Below are positions 37,301-50,989 of a stretch of DNA of 64,000 nucleotides, one piece after another (positions within the stretch are counted from its first letter, which is position 1; each line of letters opens with the position of its first letter). The DNA lies in the NCBI GenBank assembly GCA_965153285.1, contig OZ229112.1, one strand, 5' to 3'. The notes under the pieces are model-generated. The model saw only the letters and a list, made by a program, of their open reading frames with translations. It searched no databases and was not told the origin of the DNA. Source of the stretch: Podarcis tiliguerta. Lineage: Eukaryota. Both the position numbers and the translations under genes were made by a program.

Positions 37301-38033
37301 GATAAAGCAAGCACCAACAATTTCAGGAGCTCAACTGAAGCCTTAGGTCTGCCTGGAGCCCTCCAGATGTGGTTCGACTGCAACTCCCATCAGCCCCCAG
37401 CTAGCAGCTGCAAAGGCTGATATGAAAAAAGCAGCAGCAGATAGATATCAGGGATCTGTGTACTTTATTGCAGAACTGGGCAGACTTCAGATTTGTGGGA
37501 TCAACTTTGTTCTTTTTTACTAGAACTGTGAGTTGCACCAACTGGAAGCAAACGTGTATGAGAATGAGGGGTTAAAAATAGAAACCATTCACAGGAATAT
37601 TTGGGACCTGACAAATCCAAAATGGTGAGCGCTAGAGGAAATGTAATACATGCCCCCAAGGTTTTTTGTTTTGTTTTGGTTTTTTTTTTTTTTTTGAAGT
37701 TTCTAGGCTGTTCCCCTTCCTTTCACCCTCTATCTAGCCTTCTCTTCCCTTGGTTATTATACAGGTTTCCTACTCCTCCCCCCCCCCCCCAGCATTTTAA
37801 AGGTCTGATATTGAGGTGATTCTTGAAGAAATGGTGAAGAGCAAATGAGCTCTGAGCTAGTATTTTCCCCATTTCAAATATCACCTCATATATAAAGCCC
37901 TGCACAATAACATATTGCTACAAATCCTCATCAACAATGTGGCTGCAGTAATAATATCTGCCTACTTTACAGGGTTGTTATAAGAATTGCAGAGAACAGG
38001 AATTACTTTTTGCACTAAACTATGCTATATAAA

Positions 38034-38382
38034 GGACGCGGGTGGCACTTTGGGTTAAACCGCAAAGCCTAGGACTTGCTGATCAGAAGGTCGACGGTTT
38101 GAATCCCCACGACGGGGTGAGCTCCCGTTGCTCGGTCCCTGCTCCTGCCAACCTAGCAGTTCGAAAGCATGTCAAATGCAAGTAGATAAATAGGTACCGC
38201 TCCAGCGGGAAGGTAAACGGTGTTTCCGTGCGCTGCTCTGGTTCGCCAGAAGCGGCTTAGTCATGCTGGTCACATGACCCGGAAGCTGTATGCCGGCTCC
38301 CTCGGCCAATAAAGTGAGAGGAGTGCCGCAACCCCAGAGTCGGTCACGACTGGACCTAATGGTCAGGGGTCCCTTTATCTTT
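38034..38382 (+). mobile_element. Sauria (Squam1) SINE
   Basis: Same body as the 14426 copy; 13-bp TSD TATGCTATATAAA / TATACTATATAAA. Confidence 0.9.
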
Positions 38383-41300
38383 TATACTATATAAATACAA
38401 TACTAATAGAAATGTATTGCATCTCATCTGTTTTCACTACTGTGTGAAGCATGGTTTCCCCACAGTTGTGCCCCCAAGCCACCATCCTTTTTCATTTGGC
38501 AGTAAATATTGTATCCTTTTCAACATTGCTTCCATAACACTTGAAACTTCAAGATGTCTAATTTTGTGTTCTATTCAGGGTATAGCTCAGATACCAAGCC
38601 CTATCTGTGTCCAAATCATTTTCTTAAGAACGAGAAAGCCCCTGAAAGAAGCCAGATGAGAAAAGTAATCCTGCTTAAGCTCTCTGTTATTTTCACGTTG
38701 AGGGTATTGCATAGCGTAATCATGCCAGTGAATGATCTTACATGGTAAAATCTTATTACAGCTAATGGGAACTGTGCTCTTGCCTGTCTCTGTATCTGTA
38801 CACACCAACCCATCCCACCACTGAAAAAGCAGTTTGGGAAGGGTGATCTTTAGATGAAAATGACTGGGAAGAAAGGGGTTAAGCAGCCCTTCTCTGTCCA
38901 CTTTTCCTTTGCTCTGACTCACAACCTGCCCAGGGTGATGAGGTGTGTTTTAAAATACATGTTTTTTATTGTTTTTTCACTTGTAGGGCAGGACTCATTA
39001 CTCTGGGTATAATGACTAGTCTGAGCCAGAGGGAGTAAGATACGGCTGCTTTCATGCATTGCAATGGAAAGGGTAAAAGAAAAAGAAAAAAAACTTGTCT
39101 AATGGACACATAACCAGAGGTCATATATTTCCCATTGTTATTTTACTCCCTAATTAAATTACATTTCAAATCATTTCAGACAAAGTAAGTTATCACCGTC
39201 GAAACAGCTACTGGGGGTAGATATTTTTGTTATAGCCATTGAAACATCGCTGCAAGATTATAGAGACCAAATGTTGTACCTAAATTTAGAGATGGTCAGA
39301 GCCACAGAGAGTTCAGTCCAGTTCTCCAAAGGGATGGGACTAAGTCCATCCTTTTCTTATTTCCAGGAAGATTTTCAAGGGGAAAGCCTTAAAAGTCTGC
39401 ACAGAAACACATATTGCAGATACATCTACTGCCCTGGACTCCTTCGGGAGGAAGGATGGGATATAAATTAAATTAATTTTTAAACAAAAACAAAACTTGC
39501 AAGGTTGTGCACTGCCTTCATATTCCCCCTTTCACCTTTGTGAACATAAAGAACTTCCCCCTCTGAGTGGCAGGGCTTGGTGACTCCCAGGGGTAATTGC
39601 ATGGAAAACAACATGGCTGCCTCCAGTGTTTACATTACAGAAGCCTCAGATTGTCCTTGCAAAATGGGTACACATATAGGAAAGGGAAAGCCATCAAGGC
39701 AGAATTCTAACTGCAGTTTATTCGCTTTTCCTGACTTTTTCCTAACTGATATTCTGTGCATTATGTTGAGTTTTCATAAGACATAAAAGCTACTTCCAGC
39801 CAACTAAAGGACTGTAGTGCACGTTTAGCGCTCATTTCCGTGTTATATTATTCCAGAAAAAAAATCTGGAATTTGCAGCCTCCTCGACCCAGTTTTGTGT
39901 GGTAATTTTCCTGCCTTTTTCAAGGGTTCATGCCACAACCACTCAGGGGACAAGCTGTCAGGTAGCATCCTAGCATGCTCACTTCAAAGCTTTCTCTTTT
40001 TGCCTAATGAGAAGGCTGGTATTTTGACACTGAATGGCAGAATGCAGAGGGAGAGGGATAACACATTGGCCCCTGTTGATGTTTGTTGCTTGTTGTTGCT
40101 GTGCGAATGAGATTTAGTGCAGCATGGCGGTACAATGGTTGAGATGTGATGGAACAGGTTTGTGCAGTGTGGAAGGAATGTCAGAAAATGGGACAGAAGT
40201 GCCAGCCTTATATCAGTTAATGTAATAAACCCTATATGTGAATCAAGCCAAGGCTCTTGATTCTCCTTTTGCACCAAAAAGTTAGCTCTTTTGAACTTCA
40301 TGCCTTTTCCTGTTACCATGAGACTTGGGTGCAAAGGGGCAGCTGGGACTGCACTTAGAAGGTGGGAGTGTTACTGATTCTATTAAAAAAACTAATCTCT
40401 TCCAGATATTGAGAATTGGAGCACTTTTCTTCTGCGTAAGAGAAAGGAAATAGAAAAAACATAGCAAGGGGGAAATAGCAACTGGGAGGAAATGGGGTAG
40501 AAGGTTTTCCTCTAAATTAGCTAAGGTCCAAACAATTCTTTATTTAAGATGTTTAGACTCCATATTTCTATAATAAATTCTTTCCTTTTTTTATTCTTCC
40601 CATTGAAAGATCTGACCGACCACCCCTTCAATAATTACCTTTTTGTCCTTGAACATATATAGAAGGTAAGAATGTGTATCATTTTGTAGCTCTCAAGCTT
40701 TAATCTTCAAAAAGAATCCAAACTAGGCTAGCAGCTTCTTGCCTACACCTTACACAATAACAAGAATGAAATAATAATTCCATTTCATCTTCCTCACCTA
40801 TGTACAGCATTGCTATAATTATATTATTAAGAGTGCTAACAAAAGCATATTGTAGCCAGTCCCTTGATAAAGAAAGCTTTAGTCTTCATTTACCTCCTCC
40901 AGAATCTATTGACTTTGGGTTCACTCTCTTCCAGATTTCACTCTACTTATCGCTCCTTTAAATAAAGACCTAAATTAGCTGGGAAGTGAGCCTTTTTATG
41001 CCTCACTATCCCCTTCTCCTAAAATAATTATTACAGAAACCCATAGCACTGGTGAAATTTTGATAATGGCCAGCAATGTTACATTTGGTGGTGGTGTTAA
41101 AATTTATTACCCGGCATTCACTCTGAGTGATGATATATATTCATCCAGACACAGAAGTTATTTTAACTGATCATGTGAATGTACAGTTCAGATAGCTCAG
41201 GTTATAATTGTTTTCACCTTACATATCGGGGTGGAGAACAGGGTGGCCCTCCAGATGTTGCTGGACTGCAAATCCCATCACCCCTGACCTTTAGGAGCTG

Positions 41301-42725
41301 AAGTCCAACAACATCTGGAGAGTAACAGGTTCCCTAGCCTGTTTCATCAAAGCCAACCAGGGATCATGTAGTGAACACAAGATTGTGATGCCCTGTAGCT
41401 AGTAAGAATTGGTTATGTGGCCAGCAGCATTGCACAGGTGGCATTGCTCTCCTGGCTTCCCAACACCTGTGTGTCACTACCAGTTACCGAGAAGGAAAAG
41501 GGCAAGGCAGTGGAAAAGTACAGGCACAGGAATACCAGATTGACTCCCCCACTACACCCACACTGACCGAGCTTCTTGCTGCATTGCTTCACCCCCTCCA
41601 ACCTTAACAGGCAGCAAGACACAGAATTCGGAAGCCAGGAGAGCAATGCACCTGTCTCCCCCGCTCCACCCGAGTGCAGCCCCATTGGCCAGTGCTGTAT
41701 GTGGCAATGACACAGAGGGCAGATAAAGCCCTCCCTTTTTCTTCACTCTGAATGCAATGGGAGAAAGATGACATTCCTGTTACCCATCTAGCCTCACTAC
41801 GCTGCAGATTTTGTAGCCTGTCCGCACTGCAAGGAAGACACCCAGCATTAGTTCCCTCCAATCCTGTCTCTTGAAGACCTTTCAGACTCCCCTGGGGATG
41901 AAAATGTTCACAAAATGCACCTTTACCATTCTGGTCCTGTGCTACTTCTGAGTTCTGTTAAAGTAAGCCTTGTAAGGCCCACAGCCATGGTAACACCTTA
42001 GTAACCAGCATCCAAGTTAAAATAAAATCATATATTAGATTTCAAATGTTTCAAGGTCTCTCACTTGCTTAAGAATCTATTCCTCCCACAAACCAAGGAA
42101 CCAGGAAAAAGGGAAAGGAGAGCATTGGCATGCTAGGTGTTGACAAAATAATGGCTGCAGCCTAACTTAAAGGATTGTGTGCATTTCTTAACTGATTAGG
42201 CAACGCTTTGGACTGTGCTCTGAAATATTTGTATTTGACCCAAAGTAGAACTGATTCCTGTTGTTTTTTTTAAGAGAGAGTGTGTTACATGTACCATTAA
42301 TATGCCAGTTGGGGGTGGGGGTGGGATTTCTGCTTCTAGAACTGTTATTCTTCTCGTACAAAGGGCGTTTTCATACTGCACAGCTAGGGTAATCCAAACC
42401 TTCTTTGCAACAGTCTTGGTGGTGGTGGATTGAGCATATGTATCCCTCCGCCAAGCCCTGCCACCCTGTACTAGCCTCCTCATCCCAGAATCATTCTTGT
42501 GGTGTGGATTTCCTCCTACTGTCTGGCAAATGAGCAAATGGACAGGTATGTTGCCTGCTGGTGGTAGTCAGTGAAGAAGAGCTCTGGAATGGGGTGTTGT
42601 GAGGGTGGGGAGGAGCTGAGTCAGCTCAGAATCTTGTTGAATTCTCAGCTTGCTCTGCTGCCATCAAGTGATATCATTGAGAGTGATAAAGGCCCAATTG
42701 CTGTGCCAGCTCCAGGAGGGTGCAG

Positions 42726-43416
42726 TGTCCCGAAACCCAGCATAACCCAAGTTGAGTCCCAATTCCAAGGGCAACACTAGAGAGTAGTTAAACAAACCAA
42801 AGGGTCAAATGCCAGTCCAGGTTCAATACACCAAGCAAGGTCCAAAGTCATTCGTCCCTCCTCTGAAGAAGCTCCAGGGTTGGAAAACCTGGAGTCAGAC
42901 CCAAAGGCACAACTCAGTGGAGTTCCCAAAACAGCCAAGCAACAGTCCAACAGTCCATCGAAAGAGCCATTGCTTTGCTTCCCTTGTATCCTTCCAGTTT
43001 TGATTGACTACAAGCTGGGTTTGCTGCAGCTGAGCAGCTGTGCTTCTCCACTTGATGAGGCATGGGATACTCACCTGCCCTGAGCCTCATCCAGCTGAGT
43101 GACTTTAAACCTCCTCCCAGACCTAACAAGCCCTATGGTCTTCACCTGGTCAACTAGTTAGACCTTCCATTGTTCCTGATGTTTTGGAGTCCGTCATGTC
43201 CACGGAGATGGGGCACCTCTGGTTCTGGAGATGTATCTCCTTCCTTTGGCTCCTGTGAACTTTTAGCTGCTCCCTCCCTCAATATCCTCTGATTTCCTGT
43301 AAGTACTTCCTAAGCCCCCCCCCCAAGCTCCCCATTCCCATCTTCAGTTTGCCCCATGGCTACACCGCTCGCCGGGATCCTCTTCTCCTTCCTCAGCATC
43401 CTGCCAGTTCATGACA
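42726..43416. mobile_element. Solo LTR (Gypsy-like)
   Basis: TGTC...GACA inverted termini; 5-bp TSD TGCAG (42721-42725) / TGCAA (43417-43421); no internal coding region. Confidence 0.65.
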
Positions 43417-43631
43417 TGCAACGATCTGCCTGCTTCCCTTTCACCCCAGTTGTCATGCACAAGACTGAGGATACAGTGATGGCAGCACCACTCCATTCAG
43501 CCCTGCCAGGCAGCGGCCAAGGTTAGGATTGCACCATTTGTTGTGTTAATTTTGTTTTGAGATTATGTCAATGAGCTTCAACAGACTGGGAAAGTGTTGT
43601 GTTCCATTAGCAGCCTTCCCACATTATACAT

Positions 43632-43929
43632 TGTTATGTACTGAGTTGAATAGGATCCAAAAGGCAGCAGTCTGATTGGTCCTAGAACAATAGGATTCAG
43701 AATGCAGCAGTCTGATTGGTCCACAGGAGCCACCCAATCCAGCTCCAGGTGGAAGGGAATCCACAACCTGATTGGCCAACCGGAGAATCCTGGAATTAGC
43801 CAATCACGTGGGGCCCATTGTGTAAATAATGTATATAAGGCAGACATTCTGGGGGAAGTCCCATTCCTCCTCTCCACTATGAGCTGAATAAAGAGCATGA
43901 AATCCACTCTCAACTCCGAGTATATTTCA
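43632..43929 (+). mobile_element. Solo LTR with promoter motifs
   Basis: TG...CA termini; TSD TACAT/CACAT; five CCAAT/ATTGG; CACGTG 43805-43810; TATATAA 43832-43838; AATAAA 43887-43892. Confidence 0.8.
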
Positions 43930-44203
43930 CACATCCTGCTTGTATTTGGGTTCCTAGAATGTAGTAAGAAAGCACTTAAAGATTTGTATGTATTAAGGAA
44001 AGACAAAGTATGTGTGGCCAATGTGGACCAAAGAAAAATGGTATCCAGTTCGTCACAAAACACACACATTTAGTCATGAGTCCTGAAGCTAACTGCAAGG
44101 CCTGGAAAACTATTTCTCCATCTGATAACAAACATCACAGAGGTGTGATTAAATGAGATTCAGCTGGTAAAGCAGGGACAGAATATGGTGTCTAAATAAA
44201 CTA

Positions 44204-44445
44204 CAGTGGTACCTCGGGTTAAGTATGTAATTCGTTCTGGAGGTCCGTTCTTAACCTGAAACTGTCCTTAACCTGAAGCACCATTTTAGCTAATAGGGCC
44301 TCCTGCTGCTGCCGTGCCGCCGGAGCACGATTTCTGTTCTCATCCTGAAGCAAAGTTCTTAATCCGAGGTACTATTTCTGGGTTAGCAGAGTCTGTAACC
44401 TGAAGCATATGTAACCTGAAGCATATGTAACCCGACGTACCACTG
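44204..44445 (+). mobile_element. Tigger-like MITE, family A copy 5
   Basis: TA|CAGTGGTACCTCGGGTT ... GTACCACTG|TA. Confidence 0.9.
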
Positions 44446-44532
44446 TATCTGAATACAGAGATTCACAATCAAGCAGAAAATATTTGCATCAAATAAGGCC
44501 ACAAGTGCCTCCTTGATTTCAATGGGATATAG

Positions 44533-44669
44533 CAGGCTTCCTCATCCTCGGCCCTCCAGATGTTTTTGGCCTACAACTCCCATGAACCCTAGCTAGCAGG
44601 ACCAGTCCTCAGGAATGATGGGAACTGTAGTCTCAAAAAAAACTGTAGGGCCGAGGTTGAGGAAGCCTA
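44533..44669. mobile_element. Palindromic hAT-type MITE
   Basis: TIRs CAGGCTTCCTCA / TGAGGAAGCCTA; 8-bp TSD GGATATAG / GAATATAG; core shared with 33724-33859. Confidence 0.85.
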
Positions 44670-46375
44670 GAATATAGGCATCCTTAATTGGCACAGAAAT
44701 GCAGATCATATAATGTGCTTTGCTCTGTCAAAGCCTCGTCATATTCTGCTCTGTCATTTTGGTTCAGCACAAAGCACACCCCAAGCACTTTTGGTGCTTT
44801 GGCTTGCCAAGTAAATGTCAGTTTTCCACTGTTTCCTGTTTTATGACAAACTCCTGTAGGGTTCCTGATCATCTAACCAATGTCATTAGATACCTTTAGT
44901 CAACCATGAATACTGTTGCTATATGTAGCCTCTGCTCAGAAAGTTCTCTTGCTTGTCTGGAGTTAGTGACGTCAGATCCTTTAGCCAGTGGGATTCAGAG
45001 ATCAGATATTTTGAAATCATGGGCTATGCGAAGCTTGGAAATGCTAGATTCAAGCTGTATTCCTTAGTGCATGCCACTGAATTCATTAGAAGGCAGCGTT
45101 CTTGTAAACAATTGTTTCTAGTCGTCTTAAAATTATTAGTTCCACTTTTAAAGTGATCCATGAGTAATAGAGGACTGGGAGCACGAACATAAATAAGCCC
45201 ATGTTTGGAGATTTTGTCTGGAACATAAACAAAAGCAAGATGAAGCAGCTGATTTGTTCCTGCCTCGTGCATTGAGGGTTTCTTGGCATTTTCACTGAGA
45301 ATCTCTTATTAAAGAAAGATTTTAGGGAGCATCCCATCTCGACTGGTTTACTGCACCTTGCAGGACCTTATTGTAGAATTGCGAGCAACATCCTTTGCAA
45401 GCTTAATTTAAATATGCATTCCTTCTGAGTACTTGTGGATGTGATTGCCTAAAAAGATCCATTAGTTTGACATACTGCAAGGTAAAATGTCTTTGTAAAT
45501 AAGCCTGCTCCTTGGGCAATTGTGTAAGGCTTCCCACAGGCATCTGGCTGGCCACTGAGAATAGGATGCTGGATTAGAGGAGGCATTGGCCTGATCCAGC
45601 AAACTTGCTTTATGTTCTTACGTAAGTAGTCCAGTAAATATCAGTTCAGCAGTGCGTCAGGCACATGTTGAAGCAATCGTACACATAACCACTTCAGCCA
45701 TGACAAATGTTCACAATCTTAAAATATATAGACGCAATCTTCACATTAATATATTAAAAAGGAAATTCCTGAGATGGATACGGCCCATTCCGTGAATAAT
45801 TAATATTTGTTTTATCTTCTGTTTCCCATAAAAAGTTAAATGGAAATGACTTGTTTCAAATCTACTTTAATTTTTCTTGTCTTTTAATTTCCCATTTAAA
45901 TTAAAGTTATTTTAATATATTCAGTCCTTTTATCCTACACCATGTCTTTCCTCTTATCTTTTAGGGTCCATAAAAATGCATAGGCTATGGGCCATAAATA
46001 TAACTGATGACTCAGCCCTGCTCCAGCGTTGGCACTGGGGTAATTTTAAACACATACGTGCGGAATTAGAAGGCAGCCATTGGAGACACTGAAGCTTTTG
46101 CTGTAGAAATGTTGCAGTCCACAAGGGGAACCCCAGGTCTGGAGGCCAAATGCAGCTTGTTGAAAATAGGTCTTCAGGGGGCACGAAAAAGGCAACAGAG
46201 ATGGTGCCTGCCTAATATTCAGGGGAATGGAGGACACACAGGTAGGTACCACCATATTAAAGGCCTGACTTCTTTATTGTGCAGAATGGACCTCCTGATA
46301 AAATGCTGTCTACAGGAGGCCCTCACCTGAGGAGGGCAGTGATCAGTTAGTTGTATAATGGGTAAAATGAACTTT

Positions 46376-46640
46376 CATAGAATCTTAAGAGTTGGAAGGG
46401 TCCAACCCCCTGCAGAAATCTCAGCTGAAACATCAATGGCAAGTGGCCATCCAACCTTTGTTTAAAAACCCCCAAGGAAGGAGAGTTCACCATCTCTGTT
46501 CCACTGCTGAACAGCTCTTCCTGTCAGAAAGTTCTTCCTAATGTTTAGTTGGACTCTCCTTTCTTGAAACTTGAAGCCATTGGTTTGAGTCCTACCCTCC
46601 AGAGCAGGAGAAAACAAGCATGCTCCCTCCTCCAAGTACC
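46376..46640 (-). mobile_element. CR1 LINE 3' fragment
   Basis: CATAGAATC tail; the minus ORF reads GRTQTNGFKFQERRVQLNIRKNFLT...AVQQWN, the CR1 ORF2 C-terminus. Confidence 0.85.
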
Positions 46641-46837
46641 TTTCAGGTAAGCCTGGCCTATACATATAGCAGAATGAGGTGATAGATTGGACTACACCAC
46701 TTCAACATGGCGAGATGCCATATTTGGAGACTCCCCATGTAACAAAGATTCTGGTAAGTAGAAAACTGTCAGCTCAGGGAGATTTCAAAGATAGGACTTC
46801 TGCCTCCCCACCTCTACCCCTGCTGGGTATGCTACAC

Positions 46838-46863
46838 TTATTATTATTATTATTATTATTATT
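46838..46863. repeat. (TTA)n microsatellite
   Basis: Seen directly. Confidence 0.9.
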
Positions 46864-49800
46864 AGCCAAAATAAATGTGCTATTTTGTTTTTAAGGCAGT
46901 ACATTGCAAGATGCTATTCCCTGTCTGCAGTCTGAATTGCTAAAGTCCACCATATACTTCAAGCAAAGGAAGACGAGGACCTTAATGCTAAACAAAAATG
47001 TCATTCTGCCTAGTGTTAACATTTTAAGCTAGCTAGATTATTGCAGGGTAACCCACAAAATGGCCGTCATGTGTTGCTGGACTACAACCCTCATCAGCCC
47101 CAGCTAGCATGGCCAGTGGTCAATAATGATGGGCCTTGTAGTCCAGTGGCATGTGAATACTCCATGATCTGAGACACTTAGGCTGCAATCCTATACTGTT
47201 TGCCTGGGAGCAGGCCCCAAGGAACTCAATGGGGACTTACTTCTGAGTAGACATATAAGGGATCACACTGCCAAATATAACTAAACTCAATTAAACCTTT
47301 GCCCCCACAGCTGTTCCAACAGGAATTGCTCCCCTCCCCAAAGCATGTCAGCTATTCACAATGGAAGGCTCCCATTGCTGCCAGTGGCAGATTCTCTCCC
47401 ATTGTGAATAATGCACACTATTTGTTTTTTTAAAAAATCAACTACATGCCAGACATTCCATATACTTTGATCCTTATGCTCAAGCATCAATGTGCCAACT
47501 GGGACCCTGGTGAAGAGACCGAGATGGCTTGACACATAGGCACACATAGGCTAAACCAATGACATCATTTGCCATTTTTATTTACTAGTATAATGTTTAC
47601 AAATATTTGCCCATTTTTAATTAAACTCTTTCTTTTAAGGCATCCCATAGGCTTGGTATCTAGGCTCTTTGGGTTTTGCAGAATTTATTATGCCATCAAG
47701 CAATGTCTCTTGCATGGTCAGCCTGCATTTGCCTTTGCAAGTGAATGGGCAGCAGGCCTGTTGGAAAGGGCAAAAATAATCCATCAGGGAACCTAATCAG
47801 CTTCTGTGTAAGGAAGCATCACCATCCTTTTCATGAGTCTCCCACTCGAGTGGCAAAAAAATAATAGTCATACAATTTTGTGACTTAACGTAATTTGTTT
47901 CTGAGACAATAGACAATTAATCATACTCTTGTCCTTTCTTCAAGAGATGGCCTGTGATTGAAATTGCATGCTCATTAGAGCAATTAGATCATGAAAGGGC
48001 TTCATTTGGCTTAGGAAGTTATGTGGCCTGATACGTAGCATTACTTTCTACATTTAAAACTGCACATAGTTCCAAGAATCTGCAAAGTAATTGGCCACCT
48101 TTCTTGATAGTGCACTAAAAACTCTGCTGTTTAAGTCATTTCTCTGATGTCATTGTGTAACTCAACTGCTCTGATCTTCTGAGAGACGTCTACAAATGGC
48201 TCTATATTTAACTCTTGCCATGAGTAGGAGATAGTTTCATTCTGGATGAAATAAGGAATGAATATTATCATCCACCACAACCAACTAAGGAAAGGGCCAT
48301 TAAACAGTATCTAAAATTTAGATTTTAAAAGAAAAGCCACAATTTGCTTGACAGAATTATCAATTAATTCTAATCATCATACATTGCAATCTAATACTGA
48401 GCTATGCAGAATAAATCAAATTCAGATGCAAAAATAGTTGCTATTTCTAGATTAATACAATTCACATGCCATATAGCAAAACTATCAGCTAACATATCAG
48501 CTACTTCATAGACAAGGTGAAGGAACACTTAATCCAAGTATCTGGTGAGTTTAACATAGTCAGAAAAGTATTCACACACTCAACTGGAATACCGGAGGCT
48601 ACATTTTATGAATACTTTTTATGAATTCATTTTATGAATGAATGCATTTTTGTGCATGCTACTTGACTGGAGAACTATACTGCAAAATTATGAGGCAAGT
48701 GGATTCTAAAAGATGGTCATATTTCAGTTCCCATATTGTTTTGGAAAATGCTGATTAGATAGGTTTCTCTATAAAAGCAAACTGAATCAAATTTCTTCCC
48801 TATCCTTAGTTAGGATTTTTAAAGAAACGCTTCCTTGGAAATAAGTTCTACGTAAATCAATGGATCATGCATCCAAGTAAGTATCTTTAGACCCAAAGCG
48901 TTAGTCTAAAGAAATGAATTAAAGCTGGGAGATTAGACTAGGACAGAGAAAAACGCAGCATTGTGTTTATTCTTCCAGTTTGTCTGCTGACAGAAGGTGT
49001 CAGGCTGGACTAAGCAGTTGTATGGACTGCAAGGCCAATGTAGTCATCAGTGGCTGCTTCAGTCAAATGACAACAGCCCCCCATCCAGTTTCATTAGAAT
49101 TGTGCGTCCCTGGACTCCAGCTCTAACAGCCATACTGCCAGCAGCCTAACTGAGAGTGGAAGTTCAGTGACATTTGGATGAGGATGATTCAGACATACAT
49201 TCTCTGAGGAGGGCCTTGGATGCAATGCTTCCTAATATTTGAAATATATTTTTAAAAAGAGAGTTGGTAACTTTTTAAAAATAATAGATGGGGGTGGAGG
49301 GGATGGCTCACAACTGTACACATCGGTTTGTCCAGAAATTTATTTTTGATCACAAGCAAATTTCACAGAAAATTAAAAACTCATGATTAATCTATTACAA
49401 TTTATTTAATCAAGTTGAAGCTTTACTTAGAATGTCTCCATGTATTGCCTCGCATTGTCTTCTGCTGTTTACATATGAACTCACTACAGCTGAGTTAATG
49501 GTAAATCAAATTTTATTCTTGATGAGGCCTGGGAGTCTGTGGAGAGCAGTATATCACTCCTCCAGCCAGGCTGCACCTCTGAGTCAGCTCTCCAGAAGTT
49601 GGCTTCCTGGGCTATAGTTGTTTGCTTTAACAGGGCCAAATGCCAGATATTTAATGGATAATACATATGTTACACTCATATTCTCAATAAACATTAAATG
49701 AAAAAATCCCTAGATATTTCCAGTGAGCAGGCAGGTACGAAGCTAAATAATTCGTTCTAGGGTGTGACATAGTCCTTCCACTTTGGGGTTTGAATTTTCT

Positions 49801-50777
49801 TCCATAGCTTGAGTGGATACTTGCTGATGCCTCTGGAGAGCAATGTGATAATGGTGCTTCTGCCCACGGCACTTCTTGCCATTACCTCTCCCTGGCTACT
49901 ATATGGCCTTGTGCAGGTGTCCAAGTTGGTTACAATTTCATCCCCCTCAGCTGCTCCCTTTGTCTCATCTGCTGTTTCAGCTGCACCTTAGTGTCTGCCC
50001 ACTTTTCATTTATATTCTATATGACCTGGGATCAGGGCTGAGCCTCCCATGAGGTGAGGTGGGACAGCCTCTGAGGAGTATGCTGCTTGCTTCTGCCGCC
50101 CATCACCACCGTCCTCCATCTTCTCCTCTCGGGCCTCATTTTACTCCCTCACCACCTTCACCCGGGGGGGGGGGGGGGTACTGTGAAAAAGAAGGTAGCA
50201 CTAGGGCTGTGAAGAAAGAGTAGGGGCAGCGAGGAGAGTAGAAGAGGTGGCAACATTTCTTATTTTGCTTCAAGCAGGACCTCTCTTCCTCCCAGAGGGG
50301 AGGAGTTGTGAGCGGGAGCAGACCCTGAAATGACTCCCCGCTGAGTGGGGTGGAGTCACGTATTGCTGTTTTATCCAATGCCTAAGCCAATACCACTCAC
50401 ATGCTGTACTCAATAAAGTTGTGGCCTAATTTTGCCCATTAACCTAAAATAATGTGTCTTTGTGTCTTATTATAATCCTATGTGGGTGGCGGGTCCTTGA
50501 CTCACAACAAAACATCCTGGGACAGCCCTGCTGGGGATTTCCTAAGTGCCATTGCCCATTCTGGCTTTGAACAATTGCATTTACATTTTGGGAGAAGAGT
50601 CTTGATATTTTGGCTCTTTTATCATAGTGCAATTTCTGTTTTACTTTTTCATCAAAGCAGCTTTGTTTCGCCTTGGATGATGATCTGATGCTCTTGTCTG
50701 CAACATGAAGTCTTTGGCATATGTCCTGGATTTGAGCCTTCTGCTCATTAGCATTTGAGCATATCCTCATTTTATGG

Positions 50778-50989
50778 AAACAAAATAAAAAAAAAATCCT
50801 TCCAGTAGCACCTTAGAGACCAACTAAGTTTGTTATTGGTATGAGCTTTCGTGTGCATGCACACTTCTTCAGATACCATCCACACGAAAGCTCATACCAA
50901 TAACAAACTTAGTTGGTCTCTAAGGGGCTACTGGAATGATTTTTTATTATTATTTACTATGGCAGACCAACACAGCTACCTACCTGTAA
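50778..50989. mobile_element. Penelope-like element (PLE) terminal repeats in inverted arrangement
   Basis: 60-bp inverted arms 50796-50855 / 50881-50940 (2 mismatches); 12-bp TSD CTCATTTTATGG at 50766-50777 and 50990-51001; hammerhead core typical of PLE repeats. Confidence 0.8.
50837..50878 (-). ncRNA. Minimal type I hammerhead ribozyme motif
   Basis: Minus strand: UGGUAU-CUGAAGA-A-GUGUG-CAUG-CACAC-GAAA-GC-UC-AUACCA. Stem I UGGUAU/AUACCA, stem II GUGUG/CACAC, palindromic AGCU at helix III. Confidence 0.75.
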
